Shown here piece after piece: positions 1-35,175 of a DNA stretch of 64,000 nucleotides. Within the stretch, counting starts at the first letter, position 1; each line of letters begins with the position of its first letter. Location: the NCBI RefSeq assembly GCF_001194135.2, contig NC_068993.1, positions 53,180,271 through 53,244,270 of the forward strand, in the 5' to 3' direction. Source of the stretch: Octopus bimaculoides (lineage: Eukaryota). The notes under the pieces were generated by a model. It made no database searches and had not been told where the DNA came from. It saw only the letters and a program-made list of their open reading frames with translations. Both the position numbers and the translations under genes were made by a program.

Positions 1-1390
1 CCCTTGGTTAACTTGCATCAGGAATAGCTCCACTCTATCGAAACTGTCACTATAGAGCTTACTTGCATGATTCATTGATATGTTTTCAATGGAAACAAAT
101 TAAGGATAGCATGAGAGGAATACATCTGACAACTGTTGGACTAAACCAGCAAAGATGATAAAAAAAGTAACATATTTAGTATTCCGTCCTCAGTCAATGG
201 AGTAAACATGCAATATTCTTAAACCCCAGTTGTGAAACCCTCCAAATAACGAAGAGCAACTTGAGACCATGTTTCAAGGCTGCAAAGAATAATCAAGTAT
301 GCCAGAACCTTGAATATATGTATGTGCAGTTTGATCTACAGAGTGTACTTGGTGCTTTTTCTTTTTGTGGCACCAGCTGTAGCGGGGTCACCTTACATTT
401 TGCAAAACTGAAGGAGAACAGGAGAGAGGGGAGTGTGTGTGACGATCTTAGGCAAGGTAATGAAAAGAACACAGTTGCAGGAGGGTGGTAATGAAGAAAG
501 TAACTTGAGGTAGACACTTAGGATAGGGAATATGGAAATAGAAGGAATTAGTGTCAGTGGTTGGGGTAAAAAAGGAAGGACAGTTGTAAAGGTAATGAGG
601 TGGGTTCTGTAGGTGAGTCCAAGTCTATCCCATGTCCTAAGTGTTAATACAGACGAAAGGTGTGAGGGAAAAGAAACATGAAAGAGAAAATAGGTGAGGG
701 TAATGAGAATCCAGAGGGAGTCATACAAGGAAGGAGAGGTGGGAATAAGACAGTGAGAGAAAAGTGGAGAGAGGGAGTGATGGATGGCAATGGGTAGTAT
801 ATTTTACAGGGCACGGCTAGAGCTGTGAATTGAAATTAAGATCAGGATTTAAGTACTATATTCAGAGAGGGTGTTATGTTTCATTCTAAATTCTTTGTCT
901 TTGTCACTGAAGCATTTAAATGGAATTTAGAGCCTAGTGTCAACAGATTCTAGTGTTCTGATTCTTTACTACATCTATTAAAAAACTTGTAAGTAAATCT
1001 AAAAAGAGTTAACATAAATCAGTAGGCCTGAAAAGTATAGTCAGTGGTAGGAGCTGCCAATAAACAGATATGAGTATTTTCAGTATAGGAAAAGAGTATA
1101 TGAGAAGTGGAGCAAATGCAGTCATTTACTAAGGCTTTATGTATTACTGGAAATACGAAATGTGTTGTTACTGAGGCTGCCTAATTAATGCTGAAGCTGG
1201 AGTATAATGTGGCTAGAAGGTATTTTAGAAAACTATTATTTAGCACTAAAGGGATTCTATGTATAAGATTACCTGTTTGTGGACAGACAGTGGAGGCAGA
1301 GGGCCTACAGTGGCTAGACAATAGTAAATAGGGAAAGGAAATAGAAACAGGCATTGGAATGTGATGGAACATTCAACAGTAATGTAACTG
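1..1390 (-). mobile_element. Probable highly degraded non-LTR retrotransposon fragment
   Basis: Strong purine/pyrimidine strand asymmetry and only weak RT-like peptides (RFWHT near 300, VNQG near 1). Confidence 0.35.
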
Positions 1391-2609
1391 CATTGAAAAA
1401 ATACTTTCCTGTGTTGGCTGGTTGTCTGATAATGCTACTGTATTTAGGAAAATTCTTCTACATTGCAGAAATACTTCTCACAGATGTATGAGTGAGTGAA
1501 TCTTATGTGGTTGATTGACCTGCTAAAGATAGCAGCCAAAACTCATTCAAATCATACCTTTAAAGAGTGGAAGACTCATTATATAATGTTGTCCTAAACA
1601 TTCTGCTAGTCTTGAAAAAATGCCAGCATGGTCACAGCTGGAACAAGTCAGATTTAGCTGGCCTGTGGTTAAACAATAACCTTTCGTAGATGCAAGAGAA
1701 ATATCCGTAGAATATTATTCCTGTTTCTATTTTAATAAAAGCCATTACTTCAGACATATTTGTCTTATATCTAGTTTCAAACTTATTTCCACTTAACTAT
1801 TTTCAAGACAAATTACATTTATTTCACCTAATAGATAACCTGTACTGTTTATAGCAGTAGCAACGTTAAAGAATGACCCTCTTAACAGAAAAATATTACT
1901 TTTTTTTTTTGTTTAAATGTTTATTGTCTTGTTATAAGATCTGAGAATTAATGAACATTGTTTGAGGTGAGTTAATGTTTTTCATGAGTGTATTAATGTG
2001 ATTGTATTAGACAAGTGTGATGTGCACAATATATTTCTCTATAATTTTGTAATAAACTGGGGTTCAAATCTTTATGATGGCATACGTTTATTCTTGATTG
2101 TTTATTTAATGAGTTCTCTGAAAAATTTCCACTTGAGCTCTGGACTTTATAGAGTTGGTTCTTCCTTTTATTCAGTTTGTGAATATTTCAAATAAAGTAT
2201 CTGAAGAATGCCATTAACATTGTCTGATACCATTGATTGTAGAATACCTTTGGATGCAAGCTACACTGTGTTCCATTCCCTAGAATGGCAACTCCTGCCA
2301 AGCATTATCCTACCACTCTCATTTCCAGTATTCTCAACAGTATGGCATCAGTCATTCACAGTCATTCTCCTTTACCTCTAGCTTTAGTGACCCAGTACAG
2401 ATTTCATGATGCCAGAACTACTGGAGACATACTTTCTTATATCTCTTGTCAATGGGCCTTGTGAAATTTGGTGAAAACTGTTGTTGCTTTCTATATCAGC
2501 AAAGCTTCTGACTTGGCTTAGCATGTAAATCTCTTGGTATACATGCTCTAATTGTTTCTCTTTTGGATTGGTAGATTTCTGTTCCCTGGAGTTTGATTTT
2601 GTTTCTAAT

Positions 2610-3430
2610 ATTCTTCCTCCTATAGATCAATGACTGCTTGCTGTTATCTCTAACAAACTCACTTTTTTGTGGATGATACCACCCTTCATTCCTCCTTTAC
2701 CCAAACATCATCCGTGTGTCACTATATTTTGCAGCATTGTGTATGTACTCCATGAACAGAGACCTTATAAACATCAACCAATGGGGGTTGTGCCAATTTT
2801 GTTTCCTTCAGTAGCACAAAGGTACAATCACTGTGCATATCAAGAAAAAAACAAACCCTTATTGTGCCTCCTCTCCAAACATTAAACAGCATGTAACTAG
2901 AGCCTTGAAGGTTGTTATAGATGCTGGGTCTCATCATTACTTTGGATATCTCCTGGTCAGCACGCATCCTCAACATGACTGAAACTGCATTACAAAGACA
3001 GGTCTTATTCTTTGAAACCAGAAAATACCTCAGCCCTCAACAACAACAATATTTCAGTGAAGTGAGGCTGATAGTACAGTCCACAGATGTACTGTTTCCT
3101 CTTTTCGCTTTCTCTTTTACTACTACAGTGGTCTCTGGTCCTTGCAACTTTCTGGTTTTGTGCCACCTTCACTCAGGCACTCTCTGAATCATTCAGCTCT
3201 CTTTCTTTTGCCACTCTAAACTCATGTCTAAACTCTCAAGGTACCTCACTGACTGCTATGCTCCATCCTTTCTCTCTACAACATAAGCCCTCTGGAATTC
3301 CTTCGTAGTACATATTTTTGCTGCAATCATCAGCTTTCAACTTTCCAGAAGATTATTTTGCAGCAATCTCATTACTTTGGATGGTTTGTGAAGGCCATGG
3401 TACATCCCGTTCTCCCCATCAAGTCAGTTG
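2610..3430 (+). mobile_element. Degenerate CR1/L2/Jockey-group LINE ORF2 3' remnant (RT C-terminus)
   Basis: IND..., FVDDTTLH at 2666 (YADD-like catalytic motif), LGLIITLDISWSARILNMTETALQR...RKYLSPQQ; several stops and frameshifts. Confidence 0.75.
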
Positions 3431-5379
3431 TAAATAAATTATTTTTAAAATGTCAGGGGAGTTAAGTAGAGACATTAACTATGGAATAAAATGAAAACAT
3501 ATTTAGTTTCTATTTCAGAGGCCACTTTTTTCTGAAATGACCCTTCACTAAAAGGTTCACAAAAGAACCTAATTTGTAAAACCTGTAGAGTGTAATGTTA
3601 ATTTTGGGGATTAATTCATTTGTGTAATGTTTATTATGGGAACTTTTATAATTTCAAATCATATTGTCTTTGCTCTTGTTCAATTTCTTCCTTGTACTGT
3701 CTCTCTTAAATGAATATATTGAGGACATGACACCTCCTTAGTGATGGTGCCTTGAAAAAGAAAAAAAGGAACCCAGTACACTTTGTAAAATGGTTGGCAT
3801 TAGGAGGGGCGTCTGACCATGAAACTCATGAGTGAGATGTTTTCATTCCCTTGGTTTATATATACTCATACACTTCTTTATTTTTGTTGTTCATCAGTTG
3901 ATAAATCTGGTTATTGACATCAAATACTGTTATATTAACTAGCTGACTGGATGCTACCCAGTTTAAGTAGATGTCATCTATGTCTGTGACCCAATAGTGT
4001 TTCTATGTGCCATACTGCATTCATCTGAATCTTTTTTATTTCTCTCTTTCTATTACACTCTCACCATCCTTGGTTAGTGTGACAAATTGTTTACATCAGA
4101 GAAATCTGTCCTTAGCACTTTGATATAATAGAAGATTGAAATATATCCTTATATTTTCAAAGTTGGATAAATCTTGCTTCAGTCTTTTGTGATTTGAATT
4201 ATTTCTTATTTTGTTTGCTTCCAGCTTCAGTTTTCTTATTACTACTTTATCTCTCTCAAAGTTTCATACATTTCAGTCTCCTACAGCCTTTTTGATTATA
4301 TTTTGTTAGTTTGTTAACCCTTTCGTTACTGTATTTATTTTGAGATGCTCTGTGTTTCTTTCAGTTACTTTAAATATAACAAAGAATTTAGTAAAATAAC
4401 ATGGTTATCATTAAGTTAGTGTTAGGAACATAAATTGCGACTAAGTTTTGGTGGAAGATTTTAATTCAAAACTTAAGAAAACAAGACATTTGTAGCCAGA
4501 GCCAGTTTCAGCCTGGTTGGTAATGAAAAGGATAACATGTGATTGCTTTTTAATATTTCTGGAGGTGCCATATAAATTGTCAATCTATTCATTTGCTTAT
4601 TTTCTCAGCTGATCAGATTTTGTGTTCATGTGCAGTTTATCTTCGAAATCCTGAAAGGTGTCATTTTGTTTGGAAACATTTTCCTAAGCAGTTCAGCTTT
4701 CAAAGCTGTCTTACTTTCAATACATGATATATGATGTAATTGTGTTTGTGCAAATATTCTCTGAAGATTGTTTTGAGTTAAAACCCCAGCTAAAATGTTT
4801 TGAAATCATGTCCCTGACAACATTGTTTTATTCTTTTACTGGTTTCAGGCATTGGGTTGCAAACCAAGGCTTTTAATTCAGAACTTATTTCAATTTGGCA
4901 CTTATTTTATCAATCTCTATTTATTGAACCACTAAGTCACAACACATAAAAGAGACATGTATATATTGTTATAGACACAAATAAGGTTCAGCACCTTAGA
5001 TGTTAGTGTCTTTTACTATAAACCTGCCATGTGAGTGAATTTGGTAGATGGAAACTGCAGGAACCCCATCATATTTGTATGTATGTATGTACACATGAAT
5101 GTTTGTCATTGTTTATATATTCCATTCTTGCTGCTGTTGGCATTCCGTGGTCACTTGAGGTATACAGAATCCCATACTTGAAAAACAAATTGGTTACAGG
5201 AAGAGCTTCTATTTATAAAATCCTGCCTCGAATAATAAATCTTGGTCCAAACCCATGCTAGCTCGGGAAAAATGGACATCAAATGAATGGATTGAGGACA
5301 CGACGCTCTAGTGATTGTGTCACAAGAAAAAAAAACATAAAAAATGTGCACCCACCTTCCATGCTGGCATGGGTGAGGG

Positions 5380-5606
5380 TGTGTGTGTGTGTATATTATA
5401 TATATAGTAAGTATGTGTGTGTATATATATGTGTATAGTGTGTATGTATGTGTGTGTATATATATGTATAGTGTATATGTATGTATATCTGTATGTATAT
5501 ATATATATATATGTGTATAGTGTGTATGTATGTGTGTATATATATATATAGTGTATGTATGTATATATGTATAGTGTGTATGTATGTATATATGTATAGT
5601 GTGTAT

Positions 5607-5639
<33 letters not shown>

Positions 5640-5739
5640 GTGTATGTATGTATATATGTATAGTGTGTATGTATGTATATATATATATATATATGTGTGT
5701 GTGTATGTATGTACATATATATGTATAGTGTGTATGTAT
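5380..5739. repeat. Compound (TA/TG/TATG)n microsatellite
   Basis: Direct reading. Confidence 0.95.
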
Positions 5740-6500
5740 ATCATCATCATCATTGTTTAACGTCCACTTTCCATGCTAGCATGGGTTGGACGATTTGACT
5801 GAGGACTAGCAAGCCAGAAGCCTGCACCAGACTCCAATCTGATCTGGCAGAGTTTCTACAGCTGGATGCCCTTCCTAACGNNNNNNNNNNNNNNNNNNNN
5901 NNNNNNNNNNNNNNNNNNNNNNNNNNNNNNNNNNNNNNNNNNNNNNNNNNNNNNNNNNNNNNNNNNNNNNNNNNNNNNNNNNNNNNNNNNNNNNCCACCG
6001 GCACGAGAGCCAGTCACACGGTACTGGCAACGGCCACGCTCAAAATGGTGTTTTTTACATGCCACCTGCACGGGAGCCAGTCCAGCGGCACTGGCAACGA
6101 CCTTGTTTGAATGATTTTCTAACATGCCACCAGCACAAGTGCAAGAAGGCAACGCTGGTAACAATTATGCTCTAATGGTGCTATTTACGGGGCACTAGCA
6201 CGGAAGCCAGACAGCTGCTCTGGCAACGAACACGCTCAATAGTGCTGTTAGTACTCCACTGTGACCAGTGATCGAGTATGGTTCAATTACGATTTCACTT
6301 GCCCCAACAGGTCTTCACAAGCAGAGTTTAGTGTCCAATGAAGGAGAGGTTGGCATGGGTGCCAGTCGTCGGATTCGGTTCGATTTCAATTTCAGATTTC
6401 AAATTTCAAATTCCAAATTCACTTGCCTCAACAGGTCTTCGCAAGCAGGGTTTTTAGTGTCCAATGAAGTAAAGATACGGATTAGTGAGCTGGCTGTGAC
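5740..6500 (-). mobile_element. Abundant interspersed repeat with an RTE-like 3' tail (AGGAAGGGCATCCAGC...GGACGTTAAA(CGAT/GAT)n); long copy with internal ~60-bp tandem modules, interrupted by a gap
   Basis: The same tail recurs at about 17925, 23075, 35975, 37715, 46570, 49325, 54085, 56140, 57770, 59400 and 60100 in both orientations. Confidence 0.8.
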
Positions 6501-7533
6501 AGGATAAGCATGTAGACAGAAAATTTTCTGAAAATGACAATTTGTTGCCTGGAAAAGTAGATATTAAAAAGATGATGAGGTTACATTTAATAGGCATAGC
6601 TGTACACTGAAAAAGTTTCATTTACAACCACATGGTTTTGGATTCAGTCTAACTGGTTGGCCTCTTTGGCAAGTGTCTTCTGCTTTAAACCCATATGCTA
6701 TGTATGAAATTTGGCAGACAGGAACTATGTTTATGTTTACTGTGGTGTAAAAAAAAAAAAAAGCACTGGTGTTATGACATGTCCTGTAACTTAGCAGTTA
6801 TTTCACTAAATGAAGTACCAGACTGAAATACTACTGGGTAAGATATTAATGGATTGCTGGAAGGCATTTCCCCACCATGGTTGCAATCTAATGGATGAAA
6901 CCAATAAAAGAATATATTAGGAAAATATGTTTAGAGATGAGGCTTTTGACTCTGCAAAGTCTTTATATTCAAAAATTCTTGCCTATAAAGATAGTGATGT
7001 GGCGTCAGGCTTGTTTAAGCATGCATCCTCACTGAGTCCCAGAAGCATTGTACTCAGTATATTGCAAAACAGGCCATGCATTCAAGATAATTTACTTTAT
7101 TTATCTTTCTCTGAATCGAATAATACAAGTACTTGATTTCTTGAAATTAAATTAAGAGGGTATTCACCTATGAACTGCTTGATGTAAATTTTCAGATTGA
7201 CAAATCTTTGCCAGGATAAGTAAAATAATTGTAATGCTGTTGAAAATATATTTAACCCTTGAACATTCAGATACTCTGTCAAATGTAATGCTTAGACCTT
7301 TATGTTGTTTTGAATCAATCATGAGATTTCGATGTGACTTTATTTTTAGAGTGACATTGTCGGGTAAGTGTGAGAGGCCAAATGTGGCTGGTTTGAACAT
7401 AAAATTGGGAGAATATTTGATCCAGTTTAAATGCTAATGGGTCAACTATTGTTAACAGTTTGTCAGTAATTCACTATACAAAATATCAAATGCTGTTATC
7501 CTAATATAATACTTGAATATGTATTTTTTCCAG

Positions 7534-30704
<23,171 letters not shown>

Positions 30705-31197
30705 AGCAACTTGTGTCCTAACTCTGCTGCTGCTGCTGCTGTTGCCATGCTGCCAACAAGATTTCAGCCAACCCAAAAATGCCTGCCTGCTCAGACTCAG
30801 TTATGTCCCCCTTTTGATGGTTTACCCACCATCATTATAAATATTAACAACTTTAATAATCTCTATTATGGCAACTAATTGCGTTGAAATACAAATAGAG
30901 AACAGCTACTTGTTTGTGCACACTGTCATCTTTCTATATCATAGAAAGCTTTTTATCAAATGAAGTTGAGTTTTGATACAAGGCAGGGATATAAGGATTG
31001 ACTGTTTTTTAATTTATCCAGACTCCACTCTTTTGTGATAAAAAAAAAAAAAGAAATCTAGGTCAAGAGCATTACTCCCCTACCCTTTGCCATTTTGCTG
31101 ATTGTGCTGAGTTGACCACCAGTTTAGCATGTGGTGTGCTAAAATAGTTTTCTTCTTTAGATTGCTTCATTATTTGGACTATTTTTTAATATTTAGT

Positions 31198-31213
31198 TTC
31201 ATCATCATCATCA

Positions 31214-31275
<62 letters not shown>

Positions 31276-31320
31276 GTTGTTATTATCATCATTATAATTA
31301 TTATTAAATATCATCATCAC
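31198..31320. repeat. (ATC)n(ATT)n microsatellite downstream of the NAA15 stop (putative 3' UTR)
   Basis: Direct reading. Confidence 0.95.
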
Positions 31321-33712
31321 TTTTACAGTAGTCCTCTGACATGTTTCTGCAGACTTCTNNNNNNNNNNNNNNNNNNNNNNNNNNNNNNNNNNNNNNNNNN
31401 NNNNNNNNNNNNNNNNNNNNNNNNNNNNNNNNNNNNNNNNNNNNNNNNNNNNNNNNNNNNNNNNNNNNNNNNNNNNNNNNNNNNNNNNNNNNNNNNNNNN
31501 NNNNNNNNNNNNNNNNACACACACACACACACACACACATACTCCACAAACTGAAACATTTTCTGCAGTTTCCTTTCACTTAAGAACACTATACCTTGAT
31601 GTAGTTTAAACATTTTTGGATTTCTAATTTTGCAAAGAGAAGCAATATTGGGGAAACCAAACAGTTTTAATATCTTTTGACTGGTATAACCCTAAGATCT
31701 TGTCATTGTTTTCTTCTTCCTATGGACAAAAAAAAAAAAGAATGGGAAGGGTGAGTAATGAAATGAATATTTTTGCGTTTTTTTTTTTCCAACTTTTATT
31801 AATGAGTGCAGCTTTGATAATTTAAAAAGAAAAAAAAACAAATTTTAGTTAATAAGTACTTAAGATGATTGCTCTTCCCTCTGATGTGGTGGCAAAATGG
31901 AATAATTTTGAAGGGAGGTATGAATGAACAAGCACATTGTATATGTGTATGCACATTTGCACATGCATTCGTATGCATGCATATCTATACACAGAAAAAA
32001 TAAAATGCAATGATCTCCATTCTCTTGGAGTTAATTTTTTTTTTTATATATATATATATAATTTTGTTTTGATGATTGCTAGTGATTTGAAATATAATGG
32101 TATAAAAGCTTTCCACTTATCAATTTAACAGGAGGGGGACATGCGTGCACACACACACACACATACAAAAAAATTATGATTTAAAGAGAAAAAAAGAAAT
32201 TAAAACTATTGAATTAGTGTTCAAAACCATGAAAGAGCAGAAATGACCCTTGTCTTCAATGTATCTCTTTGTTTGGAATTATTTTAAGATGCTTTGTTAT
32301 ATAGTGCTATAACTGCATTTTCTGTTTTTGTTGTTTAAAGAAAGCATTAAATCTTTAATTGAGGCATGTTCCATGTCCTGTTCAAGAAAAGTTTTCCCCA
32401 TTATCTTTGCTCCAAGAAAATCAAAGTTAGTGTCAACCAAAAAGTAAAATTACAAACAATCAAACATTAGCTGAGAAGGAAGGCCTAAAGATGGTTTCAT
32501 GTTGCTAGTTCTTTACCTCAAATATTATGAATATTTAAAAGAAAAATATATATTTCTTATTTCATGAGCAAGACATTGAGTTACTGTGAGGCCAGTTAGA
32601 AATTTAATAAGAGAATTTACAATATTCATTATACCAATTTCGTTTCTTTTTAAAATATTCTCTTGCATATTTTACTATCAACAGAACAGCTAATTTTGTT
32701 TATCTCCCTATAAGTTTGTTTTTGCAGTAGACTATTAAAATCAAAATTTTTTCAGTTACTTTTTATGTTCTTGTTTAGTTTAGATTTTGTGGAGGTGTTG
32801 GATTAATTTACTGGATTATTGGATTACTTTACCGAAAAGGCATATCTTTATTTTTTTTTTATAGAATCACTGATCAAAAATTTGGAATAAAATGAAATAT
32901 TTATTTTTCAAAATTTGATCAAATGTAATATTTGATGTTAGACGAAACGGAGCAGTAAGAGCCTAAAACTTAGGTGGGAAATTTTGTTGCTGATATTTAC
33001 CTAAATATTTATTTTCTTGTAACAATATTAATTTATGCACTATTTTAATTTAATTTTCAGTTTACTGGTTTTGAAAGTTTGCAAATTAAGTTTTGTTGTT
33101 GTTTTCATTCACCTTATTTAGTCTAAATTCTTTCAGTTTGAAGTTCTTTGTAAATGATTTACTTTGGTCCCCTTTTCCTTATCAAATAGATATAAAATTT
33201 CTTAGTCTACTTTTGAGTTGACCCTTCTGGTGTTTCTTAGCAGTGTTTATAAGCATCTATTCTCTTCAACAAATTTTGAAGTTAGAATTTGATAAATCAC
33301 ATAACTTTTAGTTGATGTCATTTGGGAATTTTAATTTAAGTTTTGATTTTTACTTTTCATTAATCTAACTGATTTTTTTTTAATACTAAAACAATTATAT
33401 TTTCTATTAGAAAACTGGATTGTTCCTAACCCTCATTTTCAAAGTATGTTTAGATTTTTTTTTTTTTTTTTTGAAAAGCATGAGGTCATCTTTTGACAGA
33501 AAAACATTTTGTAATCAATCAGTTAATCAGTTAGTTGTTATTGTTGTCGTTAGCCATTTTATTTATCTTGTATCTCATTTCCATTTTCATCACAACCTTG
33601 ACTACCTCTATGGGACATTTTATTTATTCACTGCTTTAATGTAATTTTTAACTCTTTGAAACTGAACAATTTTGGATACTTTATAATCAGCCTAAATTTT
33701 ATATATATATAT

Positions 33713-34479
33713 NNNNNNNNNNNNNNNNNNNNNNNNNNNNNNNNNNNNNNNNNNNNNNNNNNNNNNNNNNNNNNNNNNNNNNNNNNNNNNNNNNNNNNNN
33801 NNNNNNNNNNNNNNNNNNNNNNNNNNNNNNNNNNNNNNNNNNNNNNNNNNNNNNNNNNNNNNNNNNNNNNNNNNNNNNNNNNNNNNNNNNNNNNNNNNNN
33901 NNNNNNNNNNNNNNNNNNNNNNNNNNNNNNNNNNNNNNNNNNNNNNNNNNNNNNNNNNNNNNNNNNNNNNNNNNNNNNNNNNNNNNNNNNNNNNNNNNNN
34001 NNNNNNNNNNNNNNNNNNNNNNNNNNNNNNNNNNNNNNNNNNNNNNNNNNNNNNNNNNNNNNNNNNNNNNNNNNNNNNNNNNNNNNNNNNNNNNNNNNNN
34101 NNNNNNNNNNNNNNNNNNNNNNNNNNNNNNNNNNNNNNNNNNNNNNNNNNNNNNNNNNNNNNNNNNNNNNNNNNNNNNNNNNNNNNNNNNNNNNNNNNNN
34201 NNNNNNNNNNNNNNNNNNNNNNNNNNNNNNNNNNNNNNNNNNNNNNNNNNNNNNNNNNNNNNNNNNNNNNNNNNNNNNNNNNNNNNNNNNNNNNNNNNNN
34301 NNNNNNNNNNNNNNNNNNNNNNNNNNNNNNNNNNNNNNNNNNNNNNNNNNNNNNNNNNNNNNNNNNNNNNNNNNNNNNNNNNNNNNNNNNNNNNNNNNNN
34401 NNNNNNNNNNNNNNNNNNNNNNNNNNNNNNNNNNNNNNNNNNNNNNNNNNNNNNNNNNNNNNNNNNNNNNNNNNNNNNN
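33713..34479. other. Assembly gap (767 N)
   Basis: Other gaps: 5881-5994, 8565-8635, 31359-31516, 43106-43115, 53212-53221, 61895-62491. Confidence 0.99.
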
Positions 34480-35143
34480 AAAAAGACAGTTAATTTTTTT
34501 CCCCCTGTTTTTGATTATGAAATTATTTCTTCTAAAAAAAAAAATAATTAAAATTACAAGAAACTAAGAATAACAGTAGAAATTATTTTTTCTATCTGTT
34601 GATTTAGAAATGTTGGGATGAAAGCATTGGAAAATATTCTATTGTAAAATATTTTATAGAAATAAACATTCGAAATAATATAGTGAAAGTTTATTAACCA
34701 GTTTGAGTGAGAGAAAGAAATAAAAATCATTGGACAAATAAGATGTCATTTTTGATAAACAGTTTCCCCACATGAAACAAAATGGTGACATTTTCTCTTT
34801 AGTAATTAGATATCTTCACAAAATCTACAGGTTTTAAAACATATAAAGCTGTTTGTTGTTTGTTTCAGTAATATAAACTTTCTTTCCTTATTGCAATGTG
34901 ATCATTTTCACATATTAAATGTATTATTATTATTATTATAATTTTCTCTTTCTTTCTCTCTCTCTCTCTCTCTCTCTGCTTCTCGATCACACAAACAATC
35001 TTTCTGACTGTTTTCAACAGATGCCTTCATCTCACCTATGTCTTCACTGATATTTGGCATGTTTTGTTCCCTTCTTTGCTCTTTCCCCCTTTTCAAACTT
35101 AAGGTGAACAGTTCCACTAAAAGTATTATTTCTTGTGTGTGTA

Positions 35144-35175
<32 letters not shown>

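Noticed and set aside
5151-5753. 200-aa and overlapping ORFs rich in Y/I/H/T
   Set aside because: Translations of a (TA/TG/TATG)n microsatellite, not genes
31129-31613. Poly-I/poly-N ORFs and X-containing ORFs
   Set aside because: (ATT)n repeat plus an N-gap; the same applies to ORFs at 5750-6164, 8451-8777, 33656-34567 and 61790-62586
35021-35103. Exon-like segment (ttttcaacag ... aag|gtgaac) in the intergenic region; similar acceptors near 36712, 39636 and 45062
   Set aside because: No recognisable coding content and no partner exons; such signals arise by chance in AT-rich DNA. A lncRNA cannot be excluded without RNA data.
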